Shown: piece after piece, positions 49,485 through 60,300 of the stretch
How positions within the stretch are numbered: the stretch's first letter is position 1
How the letters are laid out: each line of letters begins with the position of its first letter
NCBI GenBank assembly: GCA_045594905.1
Contig: JAZNZK010000015.1
Coordinates: 144,960 to 208,959 of the forward strand
Source of the DNA: Ruminococcus sp.
Lineage (GTDB): Bacteria; Bacillota; Clostridia; Oscillospirales; Ruminococcaceae
Length of the DNA stretch: 64,000 nt
Direction of reading: 5' to 3'
The notes under the pieces: model-generated
Databases searched by the model: none
Seen by the model: the letters and a program-made list of their open reading frames with translations, nothing else
What the model was told of the DNA's origin: nothing
Position numbers and translations under genes: made by a program

Positions 49485-50675
49485 ATGCTCAAAGGAAAAA
49501 CAATACTGCTTGGAGTTTCAAGCTCCATAGCCGCTTATAAAATGTGCAATGTGGCAAGAATGCTGACAAAGCTTGGTGCTGAGGTACACGTATCAATGAC
49601 GCAGAATGCCACAAATTTTGTGCATCCTCTCACATTTGAAACCCTTACACAGAACAAGTGCCTTATTGACACATTTGACCGTAATTTCCAGTACAGCGTG
49701 GAACACGTTGCAATTGCCAAAAAGGCTGATTTGGTGCTTATCGCTCCTGCAACGGCAAATGTAATCGGCAAAATCGCAAACGGAATTGCCGATGATATGC
49801 TGACTACAACAGTTATGGCTTGTACTTGCCCCATTCTCGTTTCACCTGCTATGAATCACAATATGCTCCACAATTCAATTGTTCAGGAGAATATTGAAAA
49901 GCTGAAACGTCACGGCTACAAGATTATCGAGCCTGTAAAGGGTATGCTTGCAAATCGTGACATCGGCGACGGAAAGCTCCCCGATGAAGATACGCTGGTG
50001 GAGTATATTCTCCGTGAAATTGCCTTTGAAAAGGATCTGGCAGGAAAAAAAGTTCTCGTGACAGCAGGTGCAACCCGTGAGAGCATTGACCCTGTGCGTT
50101 TTATCACAAACCATTCCAGCGGAAAAATGGGATTTGCTATGGCAAAAGCGGCTATGCTCCGTGGTGCGGAGGTAACTGTAGTTGCGGCACATACCGAAGT
50201 TGAACCGCCTATGTTTGTTGATGTGGTGAAAGTTCAGTCTGCGGAGGATATGTTCAACGCTGTAAAGAGCCGTTTAAATGATACGGATATTGTTATAAAG
50301 GCGGCGGCTGTGGCAGATTATACCCCAGTTTCAACTGCTGACCATAAAATAAAAAAATCCGACAGCGATATGAGCATATCGTTAAAGCGGACTACGGATA
50401 TTCTGAAATATATCGGTGAAAACAGACGTGAGGGACAGGTTATCTGCGGATTTTCAATGGAAACTGACAACGTGATTGAAAATTCACGGAAAAAGCTGAT
50501 TTCCAAGAACTGTGATATGATATGTGCCAATTCCCTTAAAAAAGACGGTGCAGGCTTTGGCACTGATACAAATATTATCACTATGATAACAGCTGATTGC
50601 GATGAAGAACTGGAGCTTATGAGCAAATTCGATGCGGCGAATGTTATTCTGACGAAGATAAAAACGCCTTTATAA
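49485..50675 (+). CDS. coaBC: Bifunctional phosphopantothenoylcysteine decarboxylase/ligase
   Basis: [38 protein letters not shown]. Confidence 0.96.
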   Translation: MLKGKTILLGVSSSIAAYKMCNVARMLTKLGAEVHVSMTQNATNFVHPLTFETLTQNKCLIDTFDRNFQYSVEHVAIAKKADLVLIAPATANVIGKIANGIADDMLTTTVMACTCPILVSPAMNHNMLHNSIVQENIEKLKRHGYKIIEPVKGMLANRDIGDGKLPDEDTLVEYILREIAFEKDLAGKKVLVTAGATRESIDPVRFITNHSSGKMGFAMAKAAMLRGAEVTVVAAHTEVEPPMFVDVVKVQSAEDMFNAVKSRLNDTDIVIKAAAVADYTPVSTADHKIKKSDSDMSISLKRTTDILKYIGENRREGQVICGFSMETDNVIENSRKKLISKNCDMICANSLKKDGAGFGTDTNIITMITADCDEELELMSKFDAANVILTKIKTPL

Positions 50676-50697
50676 TTTTTAAGGCGGAGGAATTATA

Positions 50698-51387
50698 ATG
50701 ACTATCAAAGATATGCAAAATCTGAATCGTGATACAATAGCATATATTTCGTCAATAATAGAAACCGGAATGAATTTAAGCGAGATAAGAACTCTTTGTG
50801 AAAAATATCTGCTTACTCACGGTGCAGATTCGTTTTGGTACTGGGACGTTGGTGCATTTGTATTTTGCGGAAAGGAAACTGCTGTTTCAATATCGGGCAG
50901 GGAATACAAAACTTCTGATATAAAAATTGAGGAAAACGACATAATCACGATTGATTTAAGCCCACAAAACAATAATATATGGGGTGATTACGCCCGAACT
51001 ATTATAATAGAGAATGGCAATGTTGTTACAGAAGTTGAAAAAATTCAAAATGATGAGTGGCGAAATGGTTTGATTATGGAAAAACACCTCCATAAAGCAA
51101 TGCAGGAGTATGTAACAGTTGATACTACTTTTGAGGAGTTGTATTATCACATAAATAAGATAATTGCTGAAAAAGGTTATGTAAACCTCGATTTTATGGG
51201 AAATCTCGGACATTCAATTGTTATGGATAAAAATGACAGAATTTATATTGAAAAGGGCAACAAAGCAAAGCTTTCGTCTGTAAAAGCTTTTACCTTTGAA
51301 CCTCACATCAGCGTACCAAATTCCTCATATGGGTACAAAATGGAAAATATTTACTCTTTTAATAATGGCAAATTAATTGAGGAATGA
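50698..51387 (+). CDS. M24 family metallopeptidase
   Basis: TIDLSP, WGDYART, GHSI, FEPH, MEN metal ligands. Confidence 0.85.
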   Translation: MTIKDMQNLNRDTIAYISSIIETGMNLSEIRTLCEKYLLTHGADSFWYWDVGAFVFCGKETAVSISGREYKTSDIKIEENDIITIDLSPQNNNIWGDYARTIIIENGNVVTEVEKIQNDEWRNGLIMEKHLHKAMQEYVTVDTTFEELYYHINKIIAEKGYVNLDFMGNLGHSIVMDKNDRIYIEKGNKAKLSSVKAFTFEPHISVPNSSYGYKMENIYSFNNGKLIEE

Positions 51388-51399
51388 TTTATATTAAAG

Positions 51400-51441
51400 A
51401 AAACGGGCGGTCAGTTCAAAATTGAATTGACCGCCCATTTT
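51400..51441. terminator. Bidirectional terminator
   Basis: gggcggtcagttc-loop-gaattgaccgccc. Confidence 0.75.
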
Positions 51442-51451
51442 TATATCATTT

Positions 51452-52918
51452 TTAGTTATATTTCGGCTCGCAGGTGAGATTAATTCCCAATCTCTTGAAA
51501 ATACGCTCATCAACAGGAGAGAGAATAACGGTGGAATGAACCTCACAGCCACGGAGATTTGAAATCTGCTCCATAGCACGTTTTGCGTTGTCATCGGTAG
51601 TTGCGCAGATTGAAAGCGCAAGGAGAGTTTCGTCAGTATGTATACGGGGATTGTTATTACCCAGATGATTAACCTTTAAATCCATAATCGGCTCAATAAC
51701 GTGGGGCGACATAAGGAGAATACTGTCGTCCAGTCCAGCCATATGCTTTAAGGCATTGAGAAGAAGTCCCGATGCCGCACCGAGAAGTTCCGATGTTCTG
51801 CCTGTGAGAAGTGTTCCGTCGGGAAGTTCCATAGCAGCGGCAGGTGCGCCTGTTTCAGCCTCTTTCTTCAATGCAGCTTCAACGGTTTTTCTGCTTTCGG
51901 GATTGATATTTGCCTGCTTCATAAGCAGCGAAAGCTTAGTAACTTCATCGTCGGAAATAAGTCCCTTACGGCGGTCACAAAGTCCCACATAATAGCGGCG
52001 GATAATCTCATCAGATGCCGCCTTACAGGTGATTTCGTCGTCAACAATACAGTTTCCAGCCATATTTACGCCCATATCTGTAGGGGATTTGTAAGGTGAC
52101 TCCCCTAAAATATTCTCAAACATAGCATTGAGAACAGGGAAAATTTCAATATCTCTGTTGTAGTTTACCGTAGTTTCGCCATAAGCTTCGAGGTGGAATG
52201 GGTCAATCATATTCACATCGTTGAGGTCGGAAGTTGCCGCCTCGTATGCAATATTTACAGGATGACGGAGGGGAAGATTCCATATTGGGAATGTTTCAAA
52301 TTTAGCATAGCCTGCATTAAGTCCGCGTTTATGTTCATGATAAAGCTGTGAAAGGCAGGTCGCCATTTTTCCGCTGCCGGGACCGGGAGCAGTTACAATA
52401 ACAAGCTTTCGTGAAGTTTCGATATATTCGTTTTTGCCGAAGCCGTCCTCGCTGATAATGCGCTGTAAATCTGAGGGGTAGCCCTTGATATTGTAGTGGT
52501 GATACACCTTAACGCCGAGAGCTTCAAGACGTGCGGCAAAAGCATCGGCGGTAGGTTGATTGTCATAGCGGGTAAGAACTACAGAACTTACAAGAAGTCC
52601 AATTTTTCTGAAAATATTCAGCAGACGTATAACATCTACATCGTATGTAATACCCAAATCTCCGCGAATTTTATTTTTTTCAATATCATCGGAGTTGATT
52701 ACGATAACAATTTCCGAATCATCTTTCAGCTCCAGAAGCAGCTGCAATTTACTGTCGGGTTTGAATCCCGGCAGAACACGTGATGCGTGAAAATCGTCAA
52801 AGAGCTTGCCGCCAAATTCCAGATAAAGCTTGTCTCCGAATTGGTCAATACGCTGACGGATATGCTCTGACTGCAATTTAAGATATTTTTCGTTATCAAA
52901 ACCGATTTTACTATTCAT
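51452..52918 (-). CDS. DUF1846/UPF0371 P-loop protein
   Basis: KLYLEFGGKL, APGPGSGKMAT, YAKFETFP, SPTDMGVNM. Confidence 0.9.
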   Translation of the reverse strand: MNSKIGFDNEKYLKLQSEHIRQRIDQFGDKLYLEFGGKLFDDFHASRVLPGFKPDSKLQLLLELKDDSEIVIVINSDDIEKNKIRGDLGITYDVDVIRLLNIFRKIGLLVSSVVLTRYDNQPTADAFAARLEALGVKVYHHYNIKGYPSDLQRIISEDGFGKNEYIETSRKLVIVTAPGPGSGKMATCLSQLYHEHKRGLNAGYAKFETFPIWNLPLRHPVNIAYEAATSDLNDVNMIDPFHLEAYGETTVNYNRDIEIFPVLNAMFENILGESPYKSPTDMGVNMAGNCIVDDEITCKAASDEIIRRYYVGLCDRRKGLISDDEVTKLSLLMKQANINPESRKTVEAALKKEAETGAPAAAMELPDGTLLTGRTSELLGAASGLLLNALKHMAGLDDSILLMSPHVIEPIMDLKVNHLGNNNPRIHTDETLLALSICATTDDNAKRAMEQISNLRGCEVHSTVILSPVDERIFKRLGINLTCEPKYN

Positions 52919-53143
52919 AGTTATTTCCTCCGTTAATTACGCTATTACTATTATATAGCAAAATCAAAAAAAAAGCAAGGGGAAATTTGTGATTTAACAA
53001 AAAAATGCTCTCCTATTTTGGAGAGCATGAGATTGTCGAAAAACGTGAATTTTGTTTCGAAATTGCATTCACGGCACGCCGAACTTTACATCATCCCTAC
53101 AGAATCAACGATATACTGTAAAACTTACTGCTCACGTTAATTC

Positions 53144-53368
53144 TTAATCGACTATGTCCTCGTCATCATCAATAAATTCGAGGATATCCCCCGGCTGACA
53201 GGAAAGCGCCTTGCATATAGCGTTGAGCGTGGAAAAGCGGATTGCGCTGACCTTGCCCGTTTTCAGCTTCGAGAGGTTTACGTTGCTTACACCCACACGC
53301 TCGCTAAGCTCGTTAAGGCTGATTTTTCTGTCTGCCATTACTCTGTCAAGTCTTAGTATAATCGACAT
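53144..53368 (-). CDS. Xre/YozG-like HTH regulator
   Basis: LDRVMADRK..NLSKLKTGK..IRFSTL..CQPGDIL. Confidence 0.92.
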   Translation of the reverse strand: MSIILRLDRVMADRKISLNELSERVGVSNVNLSKLKTGKVSAIRFSTLNAICKALSCQPGDILEFIDDDEDIVD

Positions 53369-53380
53369 ATTTCCCCCTCC

Positions 53381-54055
53381 TTAAAGCGTTTCGTCCGATT
53401 CCTGCTGTAATTTTGCACCGTAGCTGAAAATATAAGAGAAAATAATAACTGCAAGAATGATAAGCACCATAGTAAGATTCAAAGAACCATCTGTTACAAA
53501 AGTAAATCCCGCAGGGATAAGTGAAAACGCAAAATGTTTCATAGCCTTTGTAACGCTTTCCTCAAAGGGTGACTGACAGGTTTCCAACGCCTTTGCAAGC
53601 TTTCCGGCGAAAATTACAACAATAAGTGTAAAAGTAGCATATAAAGCCATACCGAAGCACGCACCTACTGCACCATATTTTAACAATGTGCTGTTGGGAG
53701 AATCAAATTCAGCATTCATTGTGTATGTCTGGATTCCGTCATTGTCTGTAATATTATCTTTCAGTGTGAATTTTGTTCCGAAAAGTTTAAATGATTCGTT
53801 TGTAATATCTTCATCCTCAAAAAACGAAATGCTTGGGAGCCTGTTTGTATCGACAACCATTTCAAAAGAAGCATTTCCGTTTGATGTAATTGCGGTGCTG
53901 CCTGTTGGGAATACGGCAAGTACAATGATACCGCTCACAATCGTTGCAACAATAGCCACAATGCAGACTATACGCATAATCATAAGAATAATCTTGCTCA
54001 CCTTGCCAAGTGTGTTGATTCTCTTTACATAGTCAATATTTTTTGTGCTGTTCAT
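53381..54055 (-). CDS. DUF2975-like membrane protein
   Basis: SPF motif, C-terminal IFSYGAKLQQESDETL; ATG 54055 after GGAGG. Confidence 0.8.
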   Translation of the reverse strand: MNSTKNIDYVKRINTLGKVSKIILMIMRIVCIVAIVATIVSGIIVLAVFPTGSTAITSNGNASFEMVVDTNRLPSISFFEDEDITNESFKLFGTKFTLKDNITDNDGIQTYTMNAEFDSPNSTLLKYGAVGACFGMALYATFTLIVVIFAGKLAKALETCQSPFEESVTKAMKHFAFSLIPAGFTFVTDGSLNLTMVLIILAVIIFSYIFSYGAKLQQESDETL

Positions 54056-54151
54056 AAATAAACCCTCCAATAATTCTTTACGGAACTTATATGAGCGCTC
54101 TTTTGTTCCTTTTTTTCGGGGAAGTTTTTCCATTCCCCTTGCTGTGATTAT

Positions 54152-54292
54152 ATAATACCACAATATTTTACGTTTGTCAATAGCTTTTTAACGTTTATCA
54201 TTAAATATTATATGTTTGCACAACCCCAACGTAACATTCGCAATCAATATTTGTGTAATTTTACCGATAATTTTTTAATGTTTATCATTAAA
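54152..54292 (-). promoter_or_regulatory. sigmaA promoter plus two palindromic operator candidates
   Basis: TTGACA-17-TATTAT (54152-54180); TTTAAYGTTTATCATTAAA at 54187 and 54274. Confidence 0.65.
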
Positions 54293-54310
54293 AACCTATA
54301 TACATATGCA

Positions 54311-54346
54311 AAAACGAGGTCTGCCAATGCGGCAGACCTCGCTTTG
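54311..54346 (-). terminator. Terminator of the giant surface protein gene
   Basis: cgaggtctgcc-loop-ggcagacctcg with T-run on minus strand. Confidence 0.8.
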
Positions 54347-54375
54347 TTATGTCTTATTCAGAGATGAAATAGGAA

Positions 54376-57300
54376 TTATTCCTCATCTTCTCTCTTTTTT
54401 CTGAGAACGAATGCTGTAGCTGCTGCCATTGCCAGAGTAAGTACAGGAATTGCTGTTCCTGCGTCACCTGTCTTAGGAGCGTCGTCCTTCTTAGCAGTTG
54501 TCTTCTTTGTTGTTGTGTTCTTCTTTGTAGTTGTATTCTTCTTTGTTGTTGTAGCCTTTTCTGTAGTTGTTGTATCTGTTGTTTCTGTAACGCCGCCATC
54601 AGCTGTTACTGTAGTAGTTGTTGTAGTTGTTGCAGAAGATGTAGTTGTAGTAGTTGTTGTTGTAACAATCATCTCATCAATCATTGTTACTGTATCGCTT
54701 GTAACGCCAACGTCACCGCTGAGCTTACCGTCCTCAATTGTGAATGTGATGTCTGTTGCTACTTCGTAGCCGTTAGGAGCTGCAACCTCGTGGAGTACAT
54801 ATGTACCGTCAGGGAGATTCTTAACAAGTGAAGGAGCTGTTCCGGAAATCCATGTAAGTGCCTCGCCTTCGGATACAAATTCTGCACCGCTGCCGAATAC
54901 TACATTGTTCTTGCTGAACTGAACCTTGTTGCCTTCGAAGTCTGTACCTGTAAGTGTAAGAGTTGCACCGAGAACTTCCTTGCTGAATACATCCTGCTTG
55001 CTGATGTAAACATCAGTAGCTGTCATGTCATCCATCATTGTTACGGAATCACTGTCAACGCCTACATCGCCTGCAAGCTTGCCGTCCTTGATTGTGAATG
55101 TAATGTCTGTTGCTACCTCATATCCGCTTGGAGCTGCTGCTTCGTGGAGTACATATGTACCGTCAGGAAGTGACTTCACGATTGAAGCTGTTGTTCCTGA
55201 TACCCATGTAAGAGCGTTGCCGTCAGATACAAACTTAGCGCCTTCTCCGAGAACGAGTGCATTCTCATTGAAGTTAATCTTGTTTCCTGCGAAATCTGTA
55301 CCTGTAAGAGTAAGTGTAGCGCCTGCAATTTCCTTGCCGTATACGTTCTGCTTGCTGAGTGCAACGTCTGTAACGCGCATATCATCAACCATTGTTACGG
55401 AATTGCTTTCAACGCCTACTTCGCCCTTAACCTCGCCGTTCTCAATTGTGAACTCGATGTCTGTAGTAACGAGATATCCGCTGGGAGCTGCCTCCTCATG
55501 AAGTACATATGTACCGTCGGGGAGATTCTTAATGTTTGTGCCTGATGTGCCGGAAATCCATGTAAGTGTTCTTCCGTCAGATACAAGCTCTGCGCCTGTA
55601 CCGAGTGTAACGTCTGAGCTGTCGAAGCTTACAGGTCTTCCTGTGAAGTCCTTACCTGTGAGAGTAAGTGTAGCGCCGGGAATTTCCTGACTAAAGATAT
55701 TTTCCTTACTGATTGTTACATCAGTTTTAATCATATCATCCATCATAGTAACGCTTGTGCTATCAACACCGATTTCGCCGCTGAGAGCTCCGTTTTCAAC
55801 AGTAAATGTCATATCTGTTGCCACTTCATAACCGCTTGGAGCTGCTACTTCGTGAAGCACATATGTACCATCGGGAAGATTCTTAACGTATGTAGGAGTT
55901 GAACCGCTGAGCCATGTAAGCTCTGTTCCGTCCTCTGATGTGATAAGCTCTGCATTCTGACCGGGCATTACGTTTGCAAGTTTGAATTCGATATCGTTTC
56001 CGTCAGCGTCCTTACCTGTGAGAGTAAGCTCTGCACCGACAATTTCTTCGCCGTATACATTCTGCTTGCTGATTTCAACCTCGCCAAGTTTTGCAGCGGG
56101 AAGAACTACTGTATTAGTGGTATTATTTACAACTGTACCACCGGAAATAACAAAGTGAATATCATCTGTAGGCTCATATCCATCGGGAGTTACTACCTCC
56201 TGAAGAACGTATTCGCCGTCAGGGAGATTTTTGATGAATGTAGGCTCATTACCTGTTACCCACTTAAGCTGTTCGCCATCACCGATAAAGTCTGTTCCTG
56301 AACCGAATGTTACATTATTCTTATTGAAGATGATAGGCTTACCTTCTTCATCAGTACCATTGAGTACGACTACAGCGCCTGCAACCTCTGTGTTTGTGGA
56401 ATCAACCTTATTTATAGCGATATCAGCCAGAACAATCATAGGTCTTGTTGTTGTCGTAGTAGTTGTTGTGGGCTTAGCTGTAGTTGTTGTAGTAGTTGTG
56501 GTAGTTGTAGTTGTTGTGGTTGTTGTGGTTGTTGTGGTTGTTGTGGTTGTTGTAGTAGTTGTGGTAGTTGTAGTTGTTGTAGTAGTTGTAGTTGTTGTGG
56601 TTGTTGTGGTTGTAGTAGTTGTTGTGGTTGTTGTGGTTGTAGTAGCTGTTGTTGTAGTAGTAGTTGTTGTTGTTGTAGTTGTGGTAGTTGTGGTAGTTGT
56701 AGTTGTTGTTGTTGTCGTAGTTGTTGTGGTTGTGGTTGTAGTGGTTGTTGTAGTTGTAGTTGTTGGCTTAGCTGTTGTTGTAGTTGTTGTGGTTGTTGGC
56801 TTAGCTGTTGTTGTAGTTGTAGTGGTTGTAGTTGTTGTGGTTGTTGGCTTAGCTGTTGTTGTAGTTGTTGTAGTTGTAGTGGTTGTAGTTGTAGTGGTTG
56901 TAGTTGTAGTTGTGGTAGTTGTAGTTGTAGTTGTAGTTGTTATCCTCTCATCAACCATATCGATTGAATCAACAACCTTACCGTCAACTGTCACAATTCC
57001 GTCCTTAACCTCGAATGTTATATCTGTAGCCTTGAGATAACCATTTGGAGCTGCTTCTTCATGAAGTGTATATGTACCGTTTTCAACGATAACAATCGTA
57101 GCTTCTGTTCCGCTTATCCAAACAAGCTTTTCGCCAACGCCGTTTACAAGTTCGCCATCCTTGCCGACTGTGATTGAACCCTTGCCAAATGTGATAGCCT
57201 TTCCGTCCTCGTCAACTCCGCTGAGTTCAAGTCTTGCACCAACTACTTCTGTTCCGCCAACGTCAACCTTGTTGATATTTACAACATAAGTAGTAGTTGT

Positions 57301-60300
57301 TGTGGGCTGAGTTGTAGTTGTAGTAGTTGTAGTTGTTGTAGATGTTGTAGTAGTAGGCTTCTTGGTTGTTGTTGTAGATGTAGTTGTTGTAGTAGTAGGC
57401 TTCTTGGTTGTTGTTATAGATGTAGTTGTTGTAGTTGTAGGCTTCTTGGTTGTTGTTGTAGATGTAGTTGTGGTAGTAGTAGGCTTCTTGGTTGTTGTTG
57501 TAGATGTAGTTGTTGTAGTTGTTGTAGTAGTAGTTGTAGTTGTAGTTGTAGTTGTAGTTGTGGTTGTAGATGTTGTAGTTGTTGTAGTAGTTGTTGTGGT
57601 TGTAGATGTTGTAGTTGTAGTAGTTGTAGTTGTAGTTGTAGTAGTTGTGGTTGTAGATGTTGTAGTTGTTGTAGTTGTTGTTGTGGTTGTAGTAGTTGTT
57701 GTGGTTGTAGATGTTGTAGTTGTTGTAGTAGTTGTTGTAGTTGTTATCTTTTCATCAACCATATCGATTGAATCAACAACCTTACCGTCAACTGTTACCT
57801 TTCCATCCTTAACCTCAAATGTTATGTCTGTGGCTACTTCATAGCCGTTTGGAGCTGCTACTTCATGAAGTTTATATGTTCCGTTTTCAACGATAACAAT
57901 TGTTGCTTCTGTTCCGCTTATCCAAACGAGAGTTTCACCAACGCCATTTACAAGTTCGCCGTCCTTGCCGACTGTGATTGAACCCTTGCCAAATGTGATA
58001 ACCTCGCCGTCCTTGTCAACTCCGCTGAGTTCAAGTCTTGCGCCGACTACCTCTGTTCCGCCAACGTCAACCTTGTTGATATTTACAACGTAAGTAGTCG
58101 TTGTAGGCTGAGTTGTAGTTGTAGTGGATGTTGTTGTAGTGGTTGTAGATGTGGATGTCTTTGTCTCTGTTGTTGATGTGGATGTGGATGTCTTTGTCTC
58201 TGTTGTTGATGTGGATGTCTTTGTCTCTGTTGTTGATGTTGATGTAGATGTCTTTGTCTCTGTTGTTGATGTAGATGTAGATGTGTTTGTCTCTGATGTA
58301 GAAGTATCTGTTTCTGATGTGGATGAAGAAGATGTAACTGTAGTAGTTGTTGTTGTGTTGTCACGCATAACAATACCTGTTACAGTTGTTCCCTTAGCAA
58401 TTACATTTTCGCCATCAAGGTAATTATCCTTATCCTTGTCGGACATTGTAATTGTCTTAACTTCGCCATTCTTTACAGTAAAGCCGATGCTTTCTGCCTT
58501 AAGATGACTGTCTTTTCCGTCCTTATCCTTAGGTGTCTGGAACTCAATAAGAGTGTACTTACCGTCGGGGAGCTTTGAGATAACTGTTTCAGCCTCTGCA
58601 ATCGATGTAAATTCAATTGACATCTTGTCGTCGCTGATTGCGAATCCCTTAGCCTTCTCGCCCTTCTGAGTTGCCTTTACTCCGCTGAGGTCTGCGCCGT
58701 CCTTATCTGCTTCTTCAAGAACAACTTTGAGAATTGCTCCAGGAAGTTCAGCGGACTTAGCAATTTCCTTCTTGGAAATATGAATTTCAGAAGGCTTGTC
58801 CTTCATAACAACAATACCGTTTTCAACTGTATCGTAGTGAGTATTGCCGTTCTTGTCTTCTCCGTTTGCAACCTTAATTGTGCCGTCAGGCTCGATTACA
58901 AACTTAATTGTTTCTGCTATTTCATATCCGTCAGGAGCTGTAACCTCTGTGAGAGTGTACATTCCAGCTGGAAGCATTGAAAGTACCGTTGGCTCATTTC
59001 CGGATACAAAGCTGATTTCGTTTTTCTTTTCGATATCTGCAAATGTAAACTCCTTATCGCCCTGTTTAGCTGTTACCTTGGAAAGGTCAGCCTTTTCATC
59101 AAGAGCTGTGATAACAAGTTTTGCACCGGGAAGCTCTGTACCTGCGCCAAGTTCCTGTTTGCTGATAGTAGCCTTTGTCATTTCGTCCTTAACAACGATT
59201 CTGTCTCCGTCCTTAGAAACTTCAACTTCACCGTTTGTTACAGCTGAATTTTCTGTTACAATACCGTTTTCAACAGTAAACGCAAATTCAGAAACTACTG
59301 TGTAACCGTCGGGAGCTACTGTTTCCTTAAGTACGTATGTACCGTCCTTAAGTCCTGTGATTTTCTGGTTGCCGTCGAATTCTACTGATGTAACCTTTCC
59401 GAGAGCATCTCCCTCACCGATTTTTACACCGCTAAGATCAATTGTCTGCTCTGTCTTTTCGTCTACTCTCAGTTCAAACTTCGCACCGTCGATAAGTTCG
59501 GAATTACCAACTGCTGTCTTATCAATTTTGATTTCACTGATATCGTCAGTAATTGTAATTGTCTTTCCGTCCTTAGAAACTTCAACTTCACCGTTTGTTA
59601 CAGCTGAATTTTCTGTTACAATACCGTTTTCAACAGTAAATGTAAATTCAGAAACTACTGTGTAACCGTCGGGAGCTACTGTTTCCTTAAGTACGTATGT
59701 ACCGTCCTTAAGTCCTGTGATTTTCTGGTTGCCGTCGAATTCTACTGATGTAACCTTTCCAAGAGCATCTCCCTCACCGATTACTACACCGCTAAGATCA
59801 ATTGTCTGCTCTGTCTTTTCGTCTACTCTCAGTTCAAACTTCGCACCGTCGATTTCTTCTGCCTTATCGCCTGAAATTATCTGCTTGTTGATTGTGATTA
59901 CTGATTCAGGCTTTTCTGCCTCTGCGTCACATACAACAATTGTGTCGGGATTTGCTGATTCATATAAATAGTATCCCTTACCGCCTGCTGCTTCTTCGGT
60001 CTTAGGCTTGGATTCAGCACCATCAATTGTCTTATTTTCCTTTGTTACGATAACACCGTTTTTAATTTCAAATGTAAGACTGCTTTCAACAATTGTATAT
60101 GTCTTTCCGTCCTTAGCTACAAATGTTCCTTCATCGTTTGCTGCTGTCTCGGATAATGTATACTTACCGTCGGGAAGTCCAACAATTTCAACTGCTTTAT
60201 CAGTAGATGTCCATGTTACACCGTGCTCAACAGCTGTAAGTGCGGAATTTTCTTCAAGAATCTTATTCCACTGTGCTTCGCTCAGGTCTTTGTTTGTAAG

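Noticed and set aside
44442-53000. TTGTG..ACAA motifs near several promoters (44442, ~48805, ~52987)
   Set aside because: Half-site spacing is inconsistent in AT-rich DNA; no consensus could be supported
23957-54163. Upstream starts in the ORF track (23957, 44556, 49404, 54163; also 14978, 20154)
   Set aside because: Downstream ATGs have proper SD sites; the extensions cross promoters, terminators or neighbouring genes, or lack an SD
56446-58357. Possible CRISPR or satellite array
   Set aside because: In-frame trinucleotide coding repeats; no repeat-spacer structure and no cas genes
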